Below are positions 60,544 through 64,000 of a DNA stretch of 64,000 nt, piece after piece. A program made the translations under genes and the position numbers. This DNA comes from a virus. Positions within the stretch are counted from its first letter, which is position 1. Every line of letters starts with the position of its first letter. A model generated the notes under the pieces. The model saw only the letters and a list, made by a program, of their open reading frames with translations, ran no database searches and was not told the DNA's origin. The stretch lies in the IMG/VR virus record IMGVR_UViG_3300032257_000009, positions 7,728-71,727 of that record. One strand, written 5' to 3'.

Positions 60544-62502
60544 ATGGGCGAAAAACGTTTTTTCTCAGACTTAATACTTGGCTCAAGTAATCTAAAGATT
60601 TCGTATGGCACAGGAACTCCTGAAGGCAGCGAAACCTCAGATATCTCATCGTTGTTTTTTAGAAGCGATGCTACAGATTCCAATACCTCTCTATATATAA
60701 AAGATTCAGGAGCAAGCAATACAGGCTGGACTCTAATTGCTGCCATTCCAGCTTCATCTTCAGTTAATGAAATACCTTATATAAATTCTTCAGGAAATAT
60801 TTCTACAGAATCTGGTTTTGAATACAATAGCTCTACAAACCTTTTGTCAATATCTAGTATAGAGGCATCTGCATCTGTAAAAATTCTAAATGAGGGAACT
60901 CTTATATTAGAAGATTCCGGTTCTAACACCATTTCTCTTGCTGCCCCAACAACTATAACCTCAAGTTATTCTCTCGTTTTACCTGTTGCAACTCCTGCGG
61001 ATGGAGAATTTTTAGAATGGGATACTGCAACAAGCGCTTTTATATGGTCTACCCCTTCTGGTGGAGGTAGTACGACTCTCGATGCTCTCACTGATACAGA
61101 CATAACAGGTACGCCAGCAGATGGCGAAATATTGATGTGGGACAATACGACCGATTGGGTAAATGCCACACTAGTCGAAGCTGGTATTGCTGCTGCGTCT
61201 CATGTCCATGATGCTACTGACGTAACAACAGGAACTTTATTGGTAGCGAGAGGCGGTACTGGAGATGTTAGCCTTACATCAGGAACTGAATATACAGAAG
61301 CTGCCGCTACTGTTAAGGGTCATTTGGAAGGCATAGATACAGCTCTTGGAATTCGTTATGAATCAGGAGATACTATTCGTGCAGCAGATGGCTTATTAGC
61401 AACTCCTGGCCTTTCTTTTGCAAACTCAACAGGTACTGGTTTTTACCTATCTACCACAAGCGTTATGAGAATGGCGGTAAACGGAAAAAACTTTATGTTG
61501 GCGCAAGACTCAGGAGCTTTTACTGTTTTGAATTTTGATGCGACAGTTGTTGCCATGACCTCAAGTGTATCATGGCTGGCTTCTGCTCCAGAAATAGAAT
61601 TTGCTCAGTTATCCGGATCATCCGGAGCGAAAGTTTCATTAAGAGAAGGCCCTTCTAATGGTGTTCATACAGCATCGTTTACAGCGCCAGACAGCATAGC
61701 CGCAGATTATAGTTTGGAATTACCTGGAGATGAAGGTTCGGCTGGACAAGTTTTAACAACGAATGGTTCAGATACTTTGACGTGGGAAACAGTGAGCGGT
61801 TCCGATATAAAATTTGATCTAAATCAGGCATCACCAACTCTTGCTGTTATGAATGCTGTTTATCATGATGGAGCAGATTGGCAAAAAGCTCAAGCAGACG
61901 ATCCTACCACATTAGGAACTCATGTTGTTGTCTCAAAAGCAACAGATGATTATGAGCTAGCTCAAGCAGGTAGAGTGACAGCGACTGCTCATGGACTGAC
62001 TGTTGGAGAATATTATTTTGTATCAGATGCAACAGCAGGACTTCTTACTTCTACTGAACCTACTGACAACTACAGCAATCCTCTTGTTTATGTTGAAGAT
62101 GCAAATACTATACATGTTCTTCCGTATAGACCTACATTTTACACAGAAGCCGTTGTTGTTCCTTATTCAAAATCTGTTGGGTTAGAAAGCCCAGGATCGA
62201 GCGAAGACGTAACAATGTTCTTTACGGATGACGCTATAACTGTGACTCAAATGAATGCAGTTCTAAAAGGATCATCAACTCCATCTGTTACTTGGACCAT
62301 TCGCCACAATTCAGATAGAAGTGCAACAGGAGCCGAAGTTGTAACCAGCGGCACAGCTACAACAAGCACTACAACAGGTTCCGAGGTTACATCTTTTAAT
62401 GACGAGACTATTCCTGCCGGATCTTGGGTTTGGTTAGAAACCACAGCTCAATCAGGAAGCGTCGATGAGATAAATATAACAATAGAATTTACGAGAGATT
62501 AA
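60544..62502 (+). CDS. Fibre/virion structural protein
   Basis: GTGTPEG, LDALTD, VARGGTG, LP...G..GQVLTT.G fibre motifs. Confidence 0.7.
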   Translation: MGEKRFFSDLILGSSNLKISYGTGTPEGSETSDISSLFFRSDATDSNTSLYIKDSGASNTGWTLIAAIPASSSVNEIPYINSSGNISTESGFEYNSSTNLLSISSIEASASVKILNEGTLILEDSGSNTISLAAPTTITSSYSLVLPVATPADGEFLEWDTATSAFIWSTPSGGGSTTLDALTDTDITGTPADGEILMWDNTTDWVNATLVEAGIAAASHVHDATDVTTGTLLVARGGTGDVSLTSGTEYTEAAATVKGHLEGIDTALGIRYESGDTIRAADGLLATPGLSFANSTGTGFYLSTTSVMRMAVNGKNFMLAQDSGAFTVLNFDATVVAMTSSVSWLASAPEIEFAQLSGSSGAKVSLREGPSNGVHTASFTAPDSIAADYSLELPGDEGSAGQVLTTNGSDTLTWETVSGSDIKFDLNQASPTLAVMNAVYHDGADWQKAQADDPTTLGTHVVVSKATDDYELAQAGRVTATAHGLTVGEYYFVSDATAGLLTSTEPTDNYSNPLVYVEDANTIHVLPYRPTFYTEAVVVPYSKSVGLESPGSSEDVTMFFTDDAITVTQMNAVLKGSSTPSVTWTIRHNSDRSATGAEVVTSGTATTSTTTGSEVTSFNDETIPAGSWVWLETTAQSGSVDEINITIEFTRD

Positions 62503-62504
62503 GA

Positions 62505-63563
62505 ATGGCTTTACCGAGAACAACATATGATACTCAATCATGCGTAGCCCCATCAGCGGCTCTCACTGACTTTTCTTTATTAATTGATCTTTCTAGAATG
62601 ACATCCGCATGGTGGTCCAAGGTAAACACAAGCGACGGAACAAAAGGTCGAGCTGCAAAGGATGCCGATGGAACTGAACTAGCTACAGATTGGATTGATT
62701 TTGATGATTCAGCAGAGACGGGTTGGTTGCGGGTAAAGTGGTCGGGAACTCTTGGAACAAAATCAGACAGGACAGTAAGAATTTATCCGCCATTTTCCGG
62801 AAATACTCCGTATGCAGCCTCCGATACATATGGTAGCGATAATGCTTACAAATCCGCTTTCCAAATATATTACCCAGATGCAGGCGGAACTGACAGAACT
62901 TCAAATGGCAATGATGCTTTGTCTTTTATTGGAGGCATTACTGCGGGCGGGGCAACAGGTCAGACAGGAGCGGCAACTGACTGGGATGGCTCTGATGATA
63001 GTATTTACATACCTCACGTTCTAAGTGGATTGACTACAGCGACTGTTATGGTTTGGGTAAATGTTGACACAGATGCAGATGGCGGAATACTTTGGGATGG
63101 CAATCATGGAGGGAGTCGTCCTTTTGGAATGTGGTATGATACAAATGGAGCAAGCGACAGAATGGGCTATATGGTAACAGACTCAGGCGGACAATATTCA
63201 GGGGCAAAATATAGCGCTAATGCAAGCCTGTCTACTGGAACATGGTATCATGTAGCAGTTCGCTTTGATGCTGGCTTTTCCCCAAATCCTCAAATGGCAT
63301 CGTTTGTTGATGGGGCGCTTAGTGGGACAACTTCAGAGGTTGCTGGTTTAACTGAGATATCTACTACAAATGTTGACCTTGCTCTTGGCGGCAAAGGTGA
63401 TGCAACTCGAATTATGGATGGCAAAATGTGCGAGTTCATGATAGCGGATTCGGTTTTATCTCTCGCAGAAATAAACCAAGAGTTTGATCAAGGAAGTAGT
63501 CAATCAACATTTTGGGGTACTTGGGCCAATACCCCTCCAAGGAGAGTATTTCACGTACTTTGA
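62505..63563 (+). CDS. LamG/ConA-like lectin domain virion protein
   Basis: DG.DD.I, TVMVWV, GTWYHVAV..D, FVDG, DGKMCE. Confidence 0.8.
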   Translation: MALPRTTYDTQSCVAPSAALTDFSLLIDLSRMTSAWWSKVNTSDGTKGRAAKDADGTELATDWIDFDDSAETGWLRVKWSGTLGTKSDRTVRIYPPFSGNTPYAASDTYGSDNAYKSAFQIYYPDAGGTDRTSNGNDALSFIGGITAGGATGQTGAATDWDGSDDSIYIPHVLSGLTTATVMVWVNVDTDADGGILWDGNHGGSRPFGMWYDTNGASDRMGYMVTDSGGQYSGAKYSANASLSTGTWYHVAVRFDAGFSPNPQMASFVDGALSGTTSEVAGLTEISTTNVDLALGGKGDATRIMDGKMCEFMIADSVLSLAEINQEFDQGSSQSTFWGTWANTPPRRVFHVL

Positions 63564-63572
63564 GTAAAAATT

Positions 63573-63944
63573 ATGGCAAGTTCAATTGTAGCAAATATAG
63601 GCGGATTACCTCCGGGTTTTGAGAACAAACTTAATTCAGTTAAGTTAGGTTATCTAGTTGAGACAGCAGAAAATAAGGTATATCGAGTTGAACTTTATAT
63701 GCCACAAGCCGGAACTCTGGAAACTATTTATTACAAAACATTATCAGGTACATGTACTATTGATGTAGCTATTGACGGAACAAGCATAACTAGTTGGTCC
63801 GCACTGGCCGTTGATTCAACAGAAGACAATACTGCATCCACAGCAGCTAATACTTGGGCTGGTGGAGAAAGTTTAACCATAGAAGTCACATCTAATTCAG
63901 CAGCTTTAGATTTGCAGATAGCAATAATTGGGACTTTATCATAA
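63573..63944 (+). CDS. Small virion beta-sandwich protein
   Basis: Resembles the C-terminal domain of the 60544-62502 protein. Confidence 0.6.
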   Translation: MASSIVANIGGLPPGFENKLNSVKLGYLVETAENKVYRVELYMPQAGTLETIYYKTLSGTCTIDVAIDGTSITSWSALAVDSTEDNTASTAANTWAGGESLTIEVTSNSAALDLQIAIIGTLS

Positions 63945-64000
63945 TGGTTTGGTGGAACTCTGTAATAATATCTTCACCGGCACCAGCTCCAACTCCAACT
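63944..64000 (+). CDS. Partial ORF (MVWWNSVIISSPAPAPTPT...)
   Basis: ATG overlaps the previous stop; runs off the window. Confidence 0.45.
   Translation, partial: MVWWNSVIISSPAPAPTPT

Overview
This 64 kb window is a gene-dense, AT-rich segment of a large (jumbo-type) tailed dsDNA bacteriophage read in the standard genetic code. The host may be a planctomycete, inferred from a FliA/WhiG-type sigma factor with a DWVPRLVR motif, a TIGR03790 protein and the HNH type. Bases 1-23.4 kb hold accessory and nucleotide-metabolism genes: an atypical tRNA, an RlaP-like nucleotidyltransferase with a cyclic-phosphate receiver protein, an ABC ATPase, an HD protein, NAD-dependent ligase, ThyA, DHFR, an exonuclease, lysozyme, the sigma factor, macro, HNH and DHH proteins, class II RNR and dUTPase. 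Bases 23.4-50.5 kb are the head module: terminase, about 14 acidic or low-complexity proteins, a portal with a nuclease fusion, a 1966-aa protease/scaffold polyprotein, a decoration protein and an HK97-type capsid protein. Bases 51-64 kb encode glycosyltransferases, a subtilase and virion fibre/LamG proteins. Main unexplained signals: (1) a shared K-x-[A/S] motif and WY/FNL leaders across head proteins and scattered enzymes, suggesting a capsid-targeting and proteolytic maturation system with its own AAGG-N18/19 promoter; (2) an approximately 450-nt structured RNA with a 13-bp loop-loop pairing next to iteron-like repeats; (3) a second structured RNA after the capsid gene; (4) a candidate -1 frameshift upstream of the portal; (5) a non-canonical tRNA heading an RNA-repair cluster. 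All family calls come from motif recognition by eye, not database searches.
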